Shown: in pieces, positions 37,286-50,693 of the stretch
Position numbering within the stretch: position 1 is the stretch's first letter
Layout of the letters: every line of letters begins with the position of its first letter
Source: Octopus vulgaris
Lineage: Eukaryota
DNA: 64,000 bases
Direction of reading: 5' to 3'
Assembly (NCBI GenBank): GCA_951406725.2
Contig: OX597837.1
Coordinates: 36,084,001 to 36,148,000 of the forward strand
Notes under the pieces: model-generated
What the model was told of the DNA's origin: nothing
The model's input: the letters and a program-made list of their open reading frames with translations, nothing else
Database searches by the model: none
Program-made: the position numbers and the translations under genes

Positions 37286-38845
37286 TTAACCCTTTGCATG
37301 TCTTTATATCATTTAAGATACACAGGATATATTTGCCTGGTGTTCATCGTGGCACTCCGTCGTTCACGACGACGAGGGTCCCGGCTACCACTCCTCAGAC
37401 ACGTGTACCCTTAACGTAGTTCTCGGGGGAGATTCAGCGTGACAATGCTGGCCGTTTCAAATACAGATACAACAGGAATAGGAAGAAAGAGTTAGAGAAA
37501 GTTGTGGTGAAAGAGTACAGCAGGGTTCGCCCCCCACCTGCCGGAGCCTCGTAGAGCTTTAGGTGTTTTCGCTCAATAAACACTCCCAACGCTAGGTCTG
37601 GGAATCGAAACCGCGATCCTACAACCGCGAGTCTGCTGCCCTAACCACTGGGCCATTGCGCTTCCACCCTGGTGTTCATATGTCATATACGATACACATT
37701 CCCATTTTTTTTAACCACCAGAGTATTTTAGGACGTATGAAAGGAAAGGTTTATGCTGTTCAGAACGTATGAAAGAAAGACTAACTAAAAGTCTGAAAAA
37801 ATCAAGCAGAGACGTTTAAGACAGACTTATGAAAATGCTTTGGACAGGCAAAGGGTTAATATTACAGATAGCCTCGTTATAAAGACACATTTTGCATGAC
37901 ATAATCTACCAATGTCACACTAAGACTGTCTCTTCTAACAGAAATGCTTAACTCTTTGCCTGTCCTGTGTATTACCCATGATCCATAGGACATATTCCCC
38001 TTGTATCCATGCAACATATATGATACGCATTCAGAAAACTTCAATTTACTCAGAACGTATGAAGCAGAGGCTAACTAAAGGTCTGAATACAGCATGGATG
38101 CTTAGGACAATCATGAAACTGCTTTGGACAATCAAGGTGTTAATGTCGCAGATAGATTCATTATAAAGACACATTTTGCGTGACATAATTCACCAATGTC
38201 ACACTAAGACAGTCTCTTCTAACAGAACTGCTTAACACTTCTGACTGTCCTGCCTATCACATCTGATACGCAGGATATATTTCTCTGACGTTCATGCATA
38301 ATATATAATAAACATTCGCCAATTTTTTTCGACCACCAGAGTAATTTTGGGACTTTTGAAAGGAAAGCTTTATATTGCTCAGAATGGCTAAATAAAATTC
38401 TGAAAAATAAGCAAAACAAGCATGGACGTGTAGGACAAACATGAAAATGCTCTGGACAGGCAAAGGGTTAATGTATATTTACATGTGATGCGTGTACACT
38501 TTGATAGATGTATATTAATCTACGCGTAAATGTGATGTATACATTAATCTATGTGTATATGTGATGCGTATATATATGAATCTGAATCTACATTGCGATG
38601 TATATTTAAAACCTTTGCCTGTTTTTTGTATCTCATGTCATTCATGGAACATGTTTCTCTGGAGTCCATGTATCATCCATGAAACACATCCCCAGTTCCT
38701 TCAATTACCGGAGTAATTTAGGATTCATGGAAGGAAAAACTTTATATTACTCAAAAACGTATGAAACAAGGCTTAACGAAAAGTTTGAAAACAAACAAGG
38801 GAGTTTAGGACAAACTTATGAAAATGCTTTAGACAGGGAACGGTC
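37286..38845. mobile_element. Tandem array of four piggyBac-type (TTAA) MITEs
   Basis: Units TTAA-CCCTTTGCCTGTC-like ... GGACAGGCAAAGGG-TTAA at 37286-37859, 37948-38143, 38232-38471 and 38606-~38845; shared internal motifs CAGAACGTATGAA, AGGACAAAC.TATGAAAATGCT. Confidence 0.8.
37348..37667 (-). mobile_element. SINE family C (tail variant 4) inserted in MITE unit 1
   Basis: Family C head; perfect 12-bp TSD CCTGGTGTTCAT at 37336-37347 and 37668-37679. Confidence 0.92.
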
Positions 38846-39240
38846 GAGCTTTTCTGTAAATCATTGAGTGTTGTTTTTGCCCCTCTCACACTGGTTTTCT
38901 TATTGTTAAGAACTCGCCATGGAACAGACTGTTCGGCAGACGACAGGATGATCACGTGAGTTATTCTTTAAATTCAGTTGTTTACTAACAGAGTTGTTAG
39001 TAAGTCGTGCTACTACTAATGTTGCTGGTGGTTAGTAATACTAGGTCTGTATTAGTAGGTTTATTGGTTGCATGAGTGATTGAAAGAAAAGGAAAGGAGA
39101 GAGAGAGAGAGAGGTGGGGAATGAGGGTGAGTGAGAGAGAACGTGTGATAGAGACATGCACTGATATTTAAATGACAGAAAGATTGGTGAAGTATATACA
39201 TATATGTGTGTGTGTGTGTGTGTGTGTGAGTGTGTGTATA

Positions 39241-39280
<40 letters not shown>

Positions 39281-39284
<4 letters not shown>

Positions 39285-39399
39285 CCTGTTCGCTTAGCCA
39301 GCGGGGTGGCGTCATTTGAAGGCTAAAACAATGCGAGGCGCATTGTGACCAGCGATGTGTAACAACATCTGATGGCCTGGTCGGTCACGGTGATCACGG

Positions 39400-39400
<1 letters not shown>
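39281..39400 (+). mobile_element. Short interspersed repeat fragment between (TA)n tracts
   Basis: GCATTGTGACCAGCGATGTGTA is also present at 50750-50771, directly after a tRNA-like B box (GGTTCGATTCCC). Confidence 0.5.
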
Positions 39401-39451
<51 letters not shown>

Positions 39452-40196
39452 GCATTCATATACAGATATACATGTATATATATTTACATATATACATAAA
39501 TATATATGTGTATATTTATGTACATACCTATGCGTGTGTGTATGTATGTATGTATGTATGCATGTATATACGTATGTATGTGTGTATGAATGCATAGTCA
39601 AAAGAAATCGAGAGAGGAGAGAGATAGTAAGATTTAGAGAGAGAAAGTATGTATTAGAATGACTGAGTGAAAGAGAGTGACCGAGAAAGTAAGAGAGGGA
39701 GAAAGTAAGAGAAAAAGAAGGAGAGAGAAAGAGTAAGAGAGAGAGAGAGGGGGGGGATGCCTAAAGAGTGAGAGGTGGATGAAGTACTGTCGTTGACCAA
39801 AAGTTGTAAAATGGCCAGTATCACAATTATTAGTATTATTATTTTATAAATTGATGCTGAAAAAATAGATCGATAAGTTCTAACTAGCAATGTGTCAGCT
39901 TGTTTCATCGAAGATGTTGCTGTACCCGAGTCAAAGTTGAATTTATGAAGGCAAAATATTAATGCGACTCCATGACGGACGGATCGTCTGTTAAATGATA
40001 GGAGGAGACTTCAGCACAATGATTAGCGCGTACGAGTGGCGGATAGAGATGGATGGATGGATGGATGGATGGATGGATGGATAGATAGATAGATCGATAG
40101 ATAGATTGATGGATAGATGGATAGATACATACATACATACATACATACATACATACATACATAATTAGATAGAGAGACAGAAAGACAGACAAAGAT

Positions 40197-40288
<92 letters not shown>

Positions 40289-40295
40289 TATCGAC

Positions 40296-40350
<55 letters not shown>

Positions 40351-40586
40351 CTGAATGACAGACAGGTAGTTAGAAAAGAGAAAGAGAGAGAGAGAGAGAA
40401 ATTGAGGTTGAGATAGAGAGACAGGTTTATAGGTGGATAGAAAGTTATATCAGATCGATGAATATAGACAAGGGGAGAGAATGTGGGAGGAGGAGGGAGG
40501 GAGGGAGAATGGGAGAGAAAAGTAAGAAAGCTATGAGAAAGCTAGGAGAGATTAACGTTAAATATTTAAAATTTATACAGAGAAGA

Positions 40587-40627
<41 letters not shown>

Positions 40628-40736
40628 AGAAAGAAAAAGGAAACGTGAGGGAGAGAGAGGGCGAGAGCGTGTATATGCCAGATATGTAAACTAGAGCAGG
40701 TTATGTATTTTCTAATGAGGAGAGTGACAACACACA

Positions 40737-40803
<67 letters not shown>

Positions 40804-41561
40804 ACACGCACACACACATACAGAGGCATATTCAAGCTTATATTCATATACGTATGTGTGTGTGTGTGTGTATGCATTTATAAATGCCTTAAAAACCACC
40901 CTGAAGCCTACGTGCCAAGTTGGTGGGCCCAACGTAAGTTTCAACGCACTAGAAACTTTTCCTTCCTGAAAATGAGCTGCTGAAATTGGGGTGTGTTTAA
41001 TGTCTGTGTGTCTTTCATACCATCGAATAATGTACGAAAGTAGAAAAATATATGAGAAACAGGACATCCATGGACCATTGATAAGGAGTTTGCAAATCCA
41101 GTACCTAAGATACGCTTTCAGCTTCTTATCCATTATTATTGGTGCCACAGGTTAAATACTGATCCGTCCAGAGCAAAGTTTGGCTGAATTTGGGTTGTTG
41201 GGAGGAGAAATTAAATCTTTAATTTATACACTACAAATGATGACGATATTTGGGATTATAAAATTTTGAAAGACCTTCTTAAGATTTAAAGGATGAAGAG
41301 CAGAATAAGATGCTTTCCTTCACAGCTTTGCTACCAAGTAAGGTGGACTATCTAAATTAAAAAGAGAAGAAGAACATACATATATGCATACATACATACA
41401 TACACATATAAATACACATGTACATACACATACACAGCGCAAAAATAAAAGCACGCTGGCAAAGTAAAGAAAAAAAAACAACATATTAGGTTTACGCTGA
41501 GGAAAAAATAAAAAGGAAAGTCTTTTACGTTTCTGCAGAAAGATACCAGGAGAGAAAGAGT

Positions 41562-41607
<46 letters not shown>

Positions 41608-42263
41608 AGAGCGAGAGAGCAAGAGAGAGAGAGAGAAAGAAAGAGAGAGAGAGCAAGAGAGAGAGAGAGAGCAAGAGAGAGGAAAAGGAAAAGTGTGTGT
41701 TTATGTGCATATGTGTGTGTGTGTGTGTGTGTGTGCGTAAAGGTGAGTGGATTGGAAACTAAGAAATTAACACATTTACATCGAGAGGGATTTACACAGA
41801 CAGTCAGGCAGACAGACAGAAAGAGAGAGACAGGAAGGGAGACAATGCGCGCAAGTAAAAAAGAAAAAAAGAGGCGAAGAGAAGGTCGTGATACGAAGCA
41901 ACACGTCGTAGTTTGTGAATATGAAAGTGAGCGACGCCTTTACTTAAATATCTACTTAAATATATACAGAATGTCTTGGAAGAATTAGCACCAGAAATTA
42001 TGATTGAGAGATATGCGGATCTCTGAAATAAACCTTCATCGTATTATGCCAAAGGTTCCACACTGTCCGTTTAGATTTAGGATCTCATACTATTGTTACT
42101 TAGGATTTATAGTCCACAGGGTTTCAATATCTTGCTGTGGAAACATGGCCGTCTTATGGTTGTGTATATAAACCTACCCAAACCATACTCCAGACTAAAC
42201 TTCATGTTAGAATCGTTTCGTCACATGATTTCCTTTCCTTATTTCAGAACAAGCATTTTTGCA

Positions 42264-42320
<57 letters not shown>

Positions 42321-42330
42321 GTATACATTT

Positions 42331-42715
42331 AGGCGCAGGAGTGGCTGTGTGATAAGTAACTTGCTTACCAACCACATGGTTCCGGGTTCAGTCCCACTGC
42401 GTGGCACCTTGGCCAAGTGTCTTCTACTGTAGCCTTGGGCTGACCAAAGCCTTGTGAGTGAATTGGGTAAACAGAAACTGAAAGAAGCCCGTCGTATATA
42501 TATGTGTGTATGTGTGTCTGTGTTTGTCCCCCAGCATCGCTTGACAACCGATGCTGGTGTGTTTACGTCCCCATAAATTAGCGGTTCGGCAAAAGAGACC
42601 GATAGAATATGTACTGGACTTACAAAGAATAAGTCCCGGGGTCGATTTGCTAGCTAAAGGCGGTGCTCCAGCATAGCCGCTGTCAAATGACTGCACCAAG
42701 TAAAAAAGAAAAAGA

Positions 42716-42717
<2 letters not shown>
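42331..42717 (+). mobile_element. SINE family A, full length
   Basis: AGGCGCAGGAGTGGCTGTGTGATAAG... to AAGTAAAAAAGAAAAAGAGTA; an inverted partial copy follows at 42784-42890. Confidence 0.9.
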
Positions 42718-42784
<67 letters not shown>

Positions 42785-43282
42785 ACGGGATTCTACACAG
42801 TTTCCGTCTACCAGATTCACTCACAAGGACAGTCCGGAGCTAGAAAACATTTGCCCAAGATGCCACGCAGTGGGACTGAACTCGAAACAATGCCTGCTCT
42901 TCTATGTTTAGTAACTTCATTTTTATTTTCTTAAAAGCCTTTCTTATTCCTTTCTTTTTATACAAACTTTCCTTTTTAATATATTATTAATTAGTTTCCA
43001 GTCTTTGCATAACTGTTTCATTGATTGTACGGGAATGTATTTTATGTGAAACCATTTTACACTAACAGTTCTACTCTAGTTCCACTGTTGTTATTTTGTT
43101 GTAATGGTGGTCTGTTTGTATTACACTTTGCCTCGCTTCTGCTTGGGATAAGCATGTCATATGCGTATCTGCTTTGGAACGGTGACTTCTAAATGCTATT
43201 AGTGGTCTCTCTAGATTCTCTACATATACATACGTATATTCGTACATACACATACCACACACTCACACACACACACACACAG

Positions 43283-43331
<49 letters not shown>

Positions 43332-43340
43332 CATATGAAT

Positions 43341-43411
<71 letters not shown>

Positions 43412-44652
43412 CATCCAAACATACACATCCACACACACACACACACAAATATATATATATATATATATACTTATAAATATGTATGAATGTATGCATATAT
43501 ATATATATATATACATACATAAATATATATGTATGTATACACACACACAGATACATATATTCATACATACATGCACACATATACACTCACACACAAACAA
43601 TAAAACGAAATAGATTATTTATTCTATATTCTTTCTTCCGCTTATTCGATTCTCCATTTTATTTTTTTCCTCCGTCCTCTTTATCACCAACCACGACCAC
43701 CACTACGGCCACCACCACCACCATCACCGCTACTAGCATCCTCAACACCACCACTTGTACAACCATTATTACCATCACCACTGCTGGCACCACCAGCACC
43801 ACCGCCGCTGCCGCCAGTGACATGAGCACTACAAGCATCATCATCACCACCACCACCACCACAACTATCACCACCATCGCCACCACCACAACCACCACCA
43901 CCACCACCATCGCCGCCACCACCACCACAACTATCACCACCATCGCCACCACCGCCACCACCACCACCACCACCATCACCACCATCACCACCACCACCAC
44001 TATCGCCGCCACCATCACCACAACTATCACCACCATCGCCACCACCACCGCCTCCACCACCATCACCACCACCACCACCATCGCCGCCACCATCACAACT
44101 ATCACCACCATCGCCACCACCACCACCACCACCACCACCACCACCACCACCACCACCATCACAACTATCACCACCATCGCCACCACCACCTCCACCTCCA
44201 CCACCACCACCACCATCGCCGCCACCATCACAACTATCACCACAATCGCCACCACCACCACCACCACCACCACCACCACCACCACCACCACCATCACCAC
44301 CACCACCACCATCGCCGCCACCATCATAACTATCACCACCACCGCCACCCTGAAACTCAGCATTATTTCTCTTTCCAATATATATGTATCGATCCGTTTT
44401 CCCTTGATCGCCCTCCTATTGATTCGAGATAAAGCAAATGCTTTGTAATTAAAGGGGTTTTTTTTCCCTGTTTCTTTCTCCAGGGTTTTCGACACTAACC
44501 CCTAACCTGTGTACCCTAACCCCACCACACCCTTACACGCTAAAGTCAAACCCCTACTACAGCACTAACTCAATAAATCTGGAAAATAAAAAAAAAATTT
44601 GAAACTCGGCAAGAAATTAATTTGCTCGTTTCATTATTTACTTACTCTGTGT

Positions 44653-44717
<65 letters not shown>

Positions 44718-44742
44718 CGTGTGTGTGTGTGTGTGAGTGTGT

Positions 44743-44819
<77 letters not shown>

Positions 44820-44923
44820 TGTGTGTCAGAGAGTGAGTGTATGTGTGTGTGTGAGTGTATGTATGTGTGTGTGTGTGTGAGTGAGTGTGTGTGCGTGTAT
44901 GTGAGAGTGTGTGTGTGTGCATG

Positions 44924-44954
<31 letters not shown>

Positions 44955-45129
44955 CGATAGATAGATAGATAGATATACATATATATATACATATATATAA
45001 ATATATGCGTATATATATATGTGTGTATATGTGTGTTTGCGAGTACATGCAGGCATGTTTATGTGTGTAAATATGCATATATAATATGCATACTTATGTG
45101 TTAATATATTTATGTATACATACACACAA

Positions 45130-45167
<38 letters not shown>

Positions 45168-45608
45168 GTATAGTCTATATTTATATTTATTATATGCATA
45201 TACGTGTGTAAGCTTGCATGCTTATAATTAAATTTCTCAGTGCATGTGAGTGTATAAACATATATATACATATATATACATACATATATGCATGCATTCA
45301 TATATAAGTATGTATATGTATGTAAATGTATGTTTATGTATGTGTATATATGCATCTATATGTGTATCTATATATATGTATACGTATGTGTGTGTGTGTG
45401 TATGTATATATGTATGTGTGCGTATAAAGATGTGTGCAGGGGTAGGGGGAATAATGTGTTTTGTAAATACATCAAAATGCATTTTTTTCTTTATTCTATT
45501 GTCTTCATTTCCCGTTTTTATATTCAATTATATTTTAGTTTGCGGCATATATATATATATATACATACACACGTATGTATGTAGTAAGTATATATACATA
45601 TATACATT

Positions 45609-45713
<105 letters not shown>

Positions 45714-46007
45714 ATTTATATATATATATATATATATGTATATGCATCTATATATATATATATATATATATATGTAATGTTTGTATATATGTATCAATGT
45801 ATATACATATATATGTGTGGTGTATGTGTATATATATATATAGGAATATATATATATATATATATATATACGCACATACATAAATGTGCATGTGTACACA
45901 CACACTCTCACATACATACACACGTGTATGCACACGCGTACTAGTTGATGATGTTGATAAAAGGAACACAATGAAAATTCCCCCAACACCTCCATCACCA
46001 TCATCAA

Positions 46008-46040
<33 letters not shown>

Positions 46041-46143
46041 ATCCGGCGCCAACACCATCACCACCGCTGCCACCACCGCTGCCACCACCGCCACCGCCAC
46101 TGCTGCCGCCACCCGGATCTCATGAATGGTTATGTCGTTGCCG

Positions 46144-46199
<56 letters not shown>

Positions 46200-46659
46200 G
46201 GTGGTGGTGGTGGTGGAGTTGTTTTTGCGCCGGGACGACCTCTGATGAAAAGCAATCCTAATGTGACCATCCTAGATTATGTAGTAGTGTTGTCTATGGA
46301 ACATGACAATGTCTGGTCTGAAGTAGATTTATAAATAGTGGTGGTAGTGGTGGTGTTATTGGTGGCGGTTGTTGTGGAGGTGGTGGGAATGTTGATGATG
46401 GTAGTGGTGGCGGTGGCGGTGGTGGTGGTGGTGGTGGTTGCGACAGTAGTGGTGGTGATGATGGTGGTAGTGGTAGTTATGATATTGGTGGTGGTGGTGG
46501 TGGTGGTGGTAGTGGTAGTGATGATGATGTTGATGATAGTAGTGATGGTGGTTGTGGTGATGGTGGTGGTGGTGGTGGTGGTGGTGGTGGTGGTGGTGAA
46601 GACTATGAATTTTTGTTCTGTTGGTTGTTGTACTTATGTCCTTGGCTCTCATCTTTCAA

Positions 46660-47135
46660 CTCCATCCAGCCGCTGGGTCCCCAGTTCAGGAATTCCAGGG
46701 TCTTGAGAAGTCTGAAACCATGTCCTAGCTCCTATTGTTCCTCGGTCCACTTTGACCTGCAACAATAGCACCAGTCAGGACCCCAGTTATGAGTTAATTA
46801 GCATTTTAGGGCTCGGCTACCTGAGTACTCAAAGACTGAATCCAGTCGCCTCCATGGAGGAAACCTTCATGGTTCAACAGACCGGAAGGTAGCTGCAGCA
46901 ATGCACTGTCGAGTGCAGAGAGTAAGATGTGGCAGGAAAAGACATCTTGGTCATTTGTTGCATCTGTCTCCATCCCCACTCATCTTGACCTGGTCTTGCC
47001 CTTGGATTGAAGATGGCATGGATGAGAGAGAGAGAGCTACAACAGTGTGTAGCTTTTCTTCCCTTTAAACATAGTCATCTCGAAAGTCATTAGTCATCCA
47101 CGAAGATGGTCTTCGTTGCTCCGAGGGAAGAACAA
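46660..47135 (+). mobile_element. RTE-clade-like non-coding segment
   Basis: CTTGGTCAT..TGCATC..CATCTTGAC..GTCTTGCC.TTGGA..GAGAGAGAG..TTTAAAC..AAGTCA..GAAGAACAA resembles my recollection of RTE untranslated sequence; not verified. Confidence 0.45.
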
Positions 47136-47392
47136 ATTTAGGACAATAGTGGTAGTTGTGGGAGTAGGGTAGGAGTGGCGAAGAGAGATGGGGTAACAGT
47201 ATGGACTTGTGGTTTTGCAATCACGTGGTCTAAGGGTTCGATTTTACAACTCGACAGCGCTTCACATCGGACAGGCGTTCTCCACCACAACCTCTCAGGC
47301 CGACGAAAGTCCCGTACTCGCCGATTAAATTCTCGTTACTCAAAACCAGTGAAAACCTGAACCTGCGCCGTTTATTGTTCGTGTACTTCAAC

Positions 47393-47622
47393 TGGAAGCG
47401 CAATGGCCCAGTTGTTAGGGCAGCGGACTCGTGCTCCGGCAGGGTGTGGTGGAGACCCCTTTTGTACTCTTTCACCCCAGCTTTCTTTCACTCTTTCTTC
47501 CTGTTTCTTGAGTAACGCGGCGATGGACTGGCGTCCCCGTCCAGCTGGGGGGGGGGGGGACATACGCCACAGAAACCGGGATACCGGGCCCATAAGCCTG
47601 GCTAGACTTGAAAAGGGCGCAT
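47393..47622 (+). mobile_element. SINE family C (tail variant 2), B-box region deleted
   Basis: TGGAAGCGCAATGGCCCAGTTGTTAGGGCAGCGGACTCG jumps to TGCTCCGGCAG; tail matches 17291-17400. Confidence 0.85.
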
Positions 47623-48341
47623 AAATAATAAATACTTGACACCACGACCCTGGCACTTTTGGTGCTAATCTCCTATGATATTCCAAGGATTAGAGGCACA
47701 TCCACGGTCCGAGGATTAACAAGAGTTTGTTTCGTTCTGTAAGAACCCATGCGTTCTTTTCGTCTTCTCCTTCTAGTTGCCTTAGAAAATTCAGTATCGC
47801 AAATCTATCTTTTCTGAAGAAGACTTCTTCAAAAGCAGAGCATTAGCAAAATTGTTTGAGCATCGAGTAAAATACTTTTGATGTAGTTTTTTTCTGCTTT
47901 TCTTCTTGAGTTCTTGAGTTCGAATCCGCATGAGAACGGTCAAATTTACTTTCCGTTTTTCTTTGATATCGATGAAAATGGCACCCGTTGTGTACCGGAA
48001 GTCGAATCTTCCGTCTTCCTTCCTTCATTGTGTCTCTCGGAATTAATACGAAGTTGTATAGCATGCTCTCACGCAAATCCCATGACAAGCTGCATTCTGT
48101 TTATTGTAAACGTAGTCACCAGGGGGCCTTCATTGATCTAAACCTCGTGATGTGTGTATGCGTGATGTTTGTCTGTGTGTGTGTGTATGTGTGTGTGTGT
48201 TAGGATGCGGCGGCGTCCTAGATACGTGAGCAGGATTGCAACGTGTGTCATATCAAAAATACGCGACCGCTTTTCCTGGAAACATTTCCGATGAGGTAAG
48301 GAGTGGAATGTGTCGTGCGTTTATATGATATATCATTTATA

Positions 48342-48503
48342 ATCGACTCCAGGATTTATTCTTTGTAAGCCTGGTATTTATTCTATAGGGCACTTTGCTG
48401 AACCGCTAAGTTACGGGGACGCAAACACACCAACATCGATTGTCAAGCAATGGTAGGGAATAAACACAGACACAAGAACCCACACATACACACACACACT
48501 CAC

Positions 48504-48554
<51 letters not shown>

Positions 48555-48698
48555 CGACAGGCTTCTTTTTGTTTCCATATATCAAGGCTTTGGTCGGCCC
48601 GAGGATATAGTAAAATACACTTGCGCAAGGTGCTACACAGTGGGACTGAACCTAGAACCATGTGGTTGGGAAGCAAGCTTCTTACCACACAGCCACTC
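48342..48698 (-). mobile_element. SINE family A, diverged
   Basis: Reverse-complement match; head CTTACCACACAGCCACTC at 48681-48698. Confidence 0.85.
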
Positions 48699-48819
48699 AT
48701 CTTTATTATGGTCACACTGCCTTTTGTGCATGCGTGCTTATAGTTGGTACTATTGTGGTCACGTGATCGAAGTCTGAGCCTGGTCACACCATTTTTCTTT
48801 CTGACTTTACAGTGTAAGC

Positions 48820-49058
48820 ATGGCCTCTCCACTAGCAAGGTGCACCAAAGAACAACAAAGATCAGTGATTCGATTTCTTTGGTCGGTGCTGAAATTCATA
48901 AGAGGCTTTTAGCACAATACGAGGACAGTGCACTACTGCGTAGAAGTGTGTAGAAGTGGCCGGACGAGCATGATGTACGAAGAGGGAGCAGGACGCTCGT
49001 CAACCTCCACCACAGACGAAAAGAATCAGTAAGCTGGAGAGATGGTAATGGTGAACCA
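48820..49058 (+). pseudogene. Mariner transposase N-terminal (HTH) relic
   Basis: MASPLARCTKEQQRSVIRFLWS..GAEIHKRLLAQYEDSALLRRSV*KW..EEGAGRSSTSTTDEK; classic QR.VI+FL...G....EIH.RL...YG..A+....V..W pattern. Confidence 0.85.
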
Positions 49059-49124
49059 CATACATATATATGTATATATATATATGTATGCATGTATATA
49101 TATATATATAAATATATATATATA

Positions 49125-49152
<28 letters not shown>

Positions 49153-49155
<3 letters not shown>

Positions 49156-49544
49156 TCTTTTACTCTTTTACTTGTTTCAATCATTTGACTGCAGCCATGC
49201 TGGAGCACCGTCTTTAATCGAGCAACTCGACCCCGGGATTTATTCCTTTGTAAGCCAAGTACTTATTCTATCGGTCTCTTTTACCGAACCGCTAAGTTAC
49301 GGGTACGCAAACACACCAGCATCGGTTGTCAAGCAATGCTAGGGGGACAAACACAGACACACAAACATACACACACATACATATATATATATACATATAT
49401 ACGACAGGCTTCTTTCAGTTTCCGTCTACCAAATCCACTCACAAGGCATTGGTAGACCCAAGGCTATAGTAGAAGACACTTGCCCAAGGTGCCACGCAGT
49501 GGTACTGAACCCGGAACCATGTGGTTGGTAAGCAAGCTACTTAC

Positions 49545-49549
<5 letters not shown>
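49153..49549 (-). mobile_element. SINE family A
   Basis: Reverse-complement match; extreme 5' end lost in (CA)n. Confidence 0.9.
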
Positions 49550-49608
<59 letters not shown>

Positions 49609-49635
49609 CGTGTGTGTGTGTATTTATATATATAT

Positions 49636-49815
49636 GGGTAGTAGGACATCTTCGCTAATGTCAATACATTCTATTGTAACCGCCTCGCTGGTTATAGGTG
49701 AGGCGGCAAAGAAGTCCACTGGTTCGTTCACTTGTCTGTGTTCCAACGGGTTGGTAAAGACACTTTTGAACTGGTCATTCAGCATCTCACTGATCTTAGT
49801 TGGACTGTCTGCGAG
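49636..49815 (-). mobile_element. LINE ORF2 fragment (CR1/Jockey-type linker upstream of RT)
   Basis: LADSPTKISEMLNDQFKSVFTNP..IECIDISEDV matches the A+.LN..F.SVFT...+..I.I+..+V linker motif of APE-type LINEs. Confidence 0.7.
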
Positions 49816-49849
49816 GGAAAGTTTACGAAAACAACAAAAGATGAAGACA

Positions 49850-49980
49850 GGTGGTGTAGAAAACAAATAGATGTATTAGTATAACGCTCAGGAATAGAAA
49901 GTCTTTTACGTTTCGAGCCTACGCTCTTCTACAGAAAGAGACAGAAAAAACAAGGAGAGACACAAGGAGAAAAAAAAAAA
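49850..49980 (-). mobile_element. Penelope-like terminal fragment with a hammerhead-like motif
   Basis: Minus strand TCTTT-CTGTAGA-A-GAGC-GTAG-GCTC-GAAAC-GTA-AAAGA (49939-49902); downstream TTCCTGAGCGT shared with the 17066 element. Confidence 0.6.
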
Positions 49981-50049
49981 CATATGTATACATACACATA
50001 TATATCGATATACACAAGCACATACATATATATAGACATACATAGATAC

Positions 50050-50100
<51 letters not shown>

Positions 50101-50105
<5 letters not shown>

Positions 50106-50483
50106 AATCAAGGAACGGCCATAATAGGCCATTCACCCACTAGAAATAACAGCCAAAAGCTTTAACCGCAAAATAACATTAATTCCGTAAACCAGGAGAA
50201 AATTGAAAAACATTTACCCTGTAATTTCTTAGACGATGCACCGTTTCATCTACCGTTTAATGGTAAACTAACCTGATTAAATTAAATCAAGCCAATCCAC
50301 CATAGGCCCTTAGACTCATCAGTAAGAAATAGCCAAGTCGGAACAGATATTTTTCACGAGGCATTCCTCTTGCTACCTCGGCAATATCTGACCTAAAATT
50401 TTCAAATCGTCGCACTCGCGCCAAATTTTGGCTGTTATTTCTAGTGGGTGAATGGCCTATTATGGCCGTTCCTTGATTGTGAT
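50101..50483. repeat. Perfect 58-bp inverted repeat with 267-bp spacer
   Basis: 50101-50158 is the exact reverse complement of 50426-50483. Confidence 0.95.
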
Positions 50484-50583
50484 GTTGAACTTAAAAATGG
50501 TTTATGACTATTTAATTTTTTCCCACTAGGCCGCTGGTGGCAAAAGAATTCTACAAAATTTTTTTTTTGCCACCCTATATTGA

Positions 50584-50627
<44 letters not shown>

Positions 50628-50650
50628 TGCAAACATTTATACACACGCAC

Positions 50651-50693
<43 letters not shown>

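Noticed and set aside
40738-41148. 136-aa minus-strand ORF in unique sequence
   Set aside because: Non-ATG start, no recognisable motif, runs into (TG)n; a small exon cannot be excluded without RNA data.
43483-44448. 321-aa Thr-rich ORF resembling a mucin
   Set aside because: Begins in (TA)n and consists of (ACC)n variants open on both strands; no signal peptide, convincing splice context or non-repetitive domain.
44494-44525. Telomeric-like CCCTAA motifs
   Set aside because: Only two or three imperfect, non-tandem copies; not an interstitial telomeric array.
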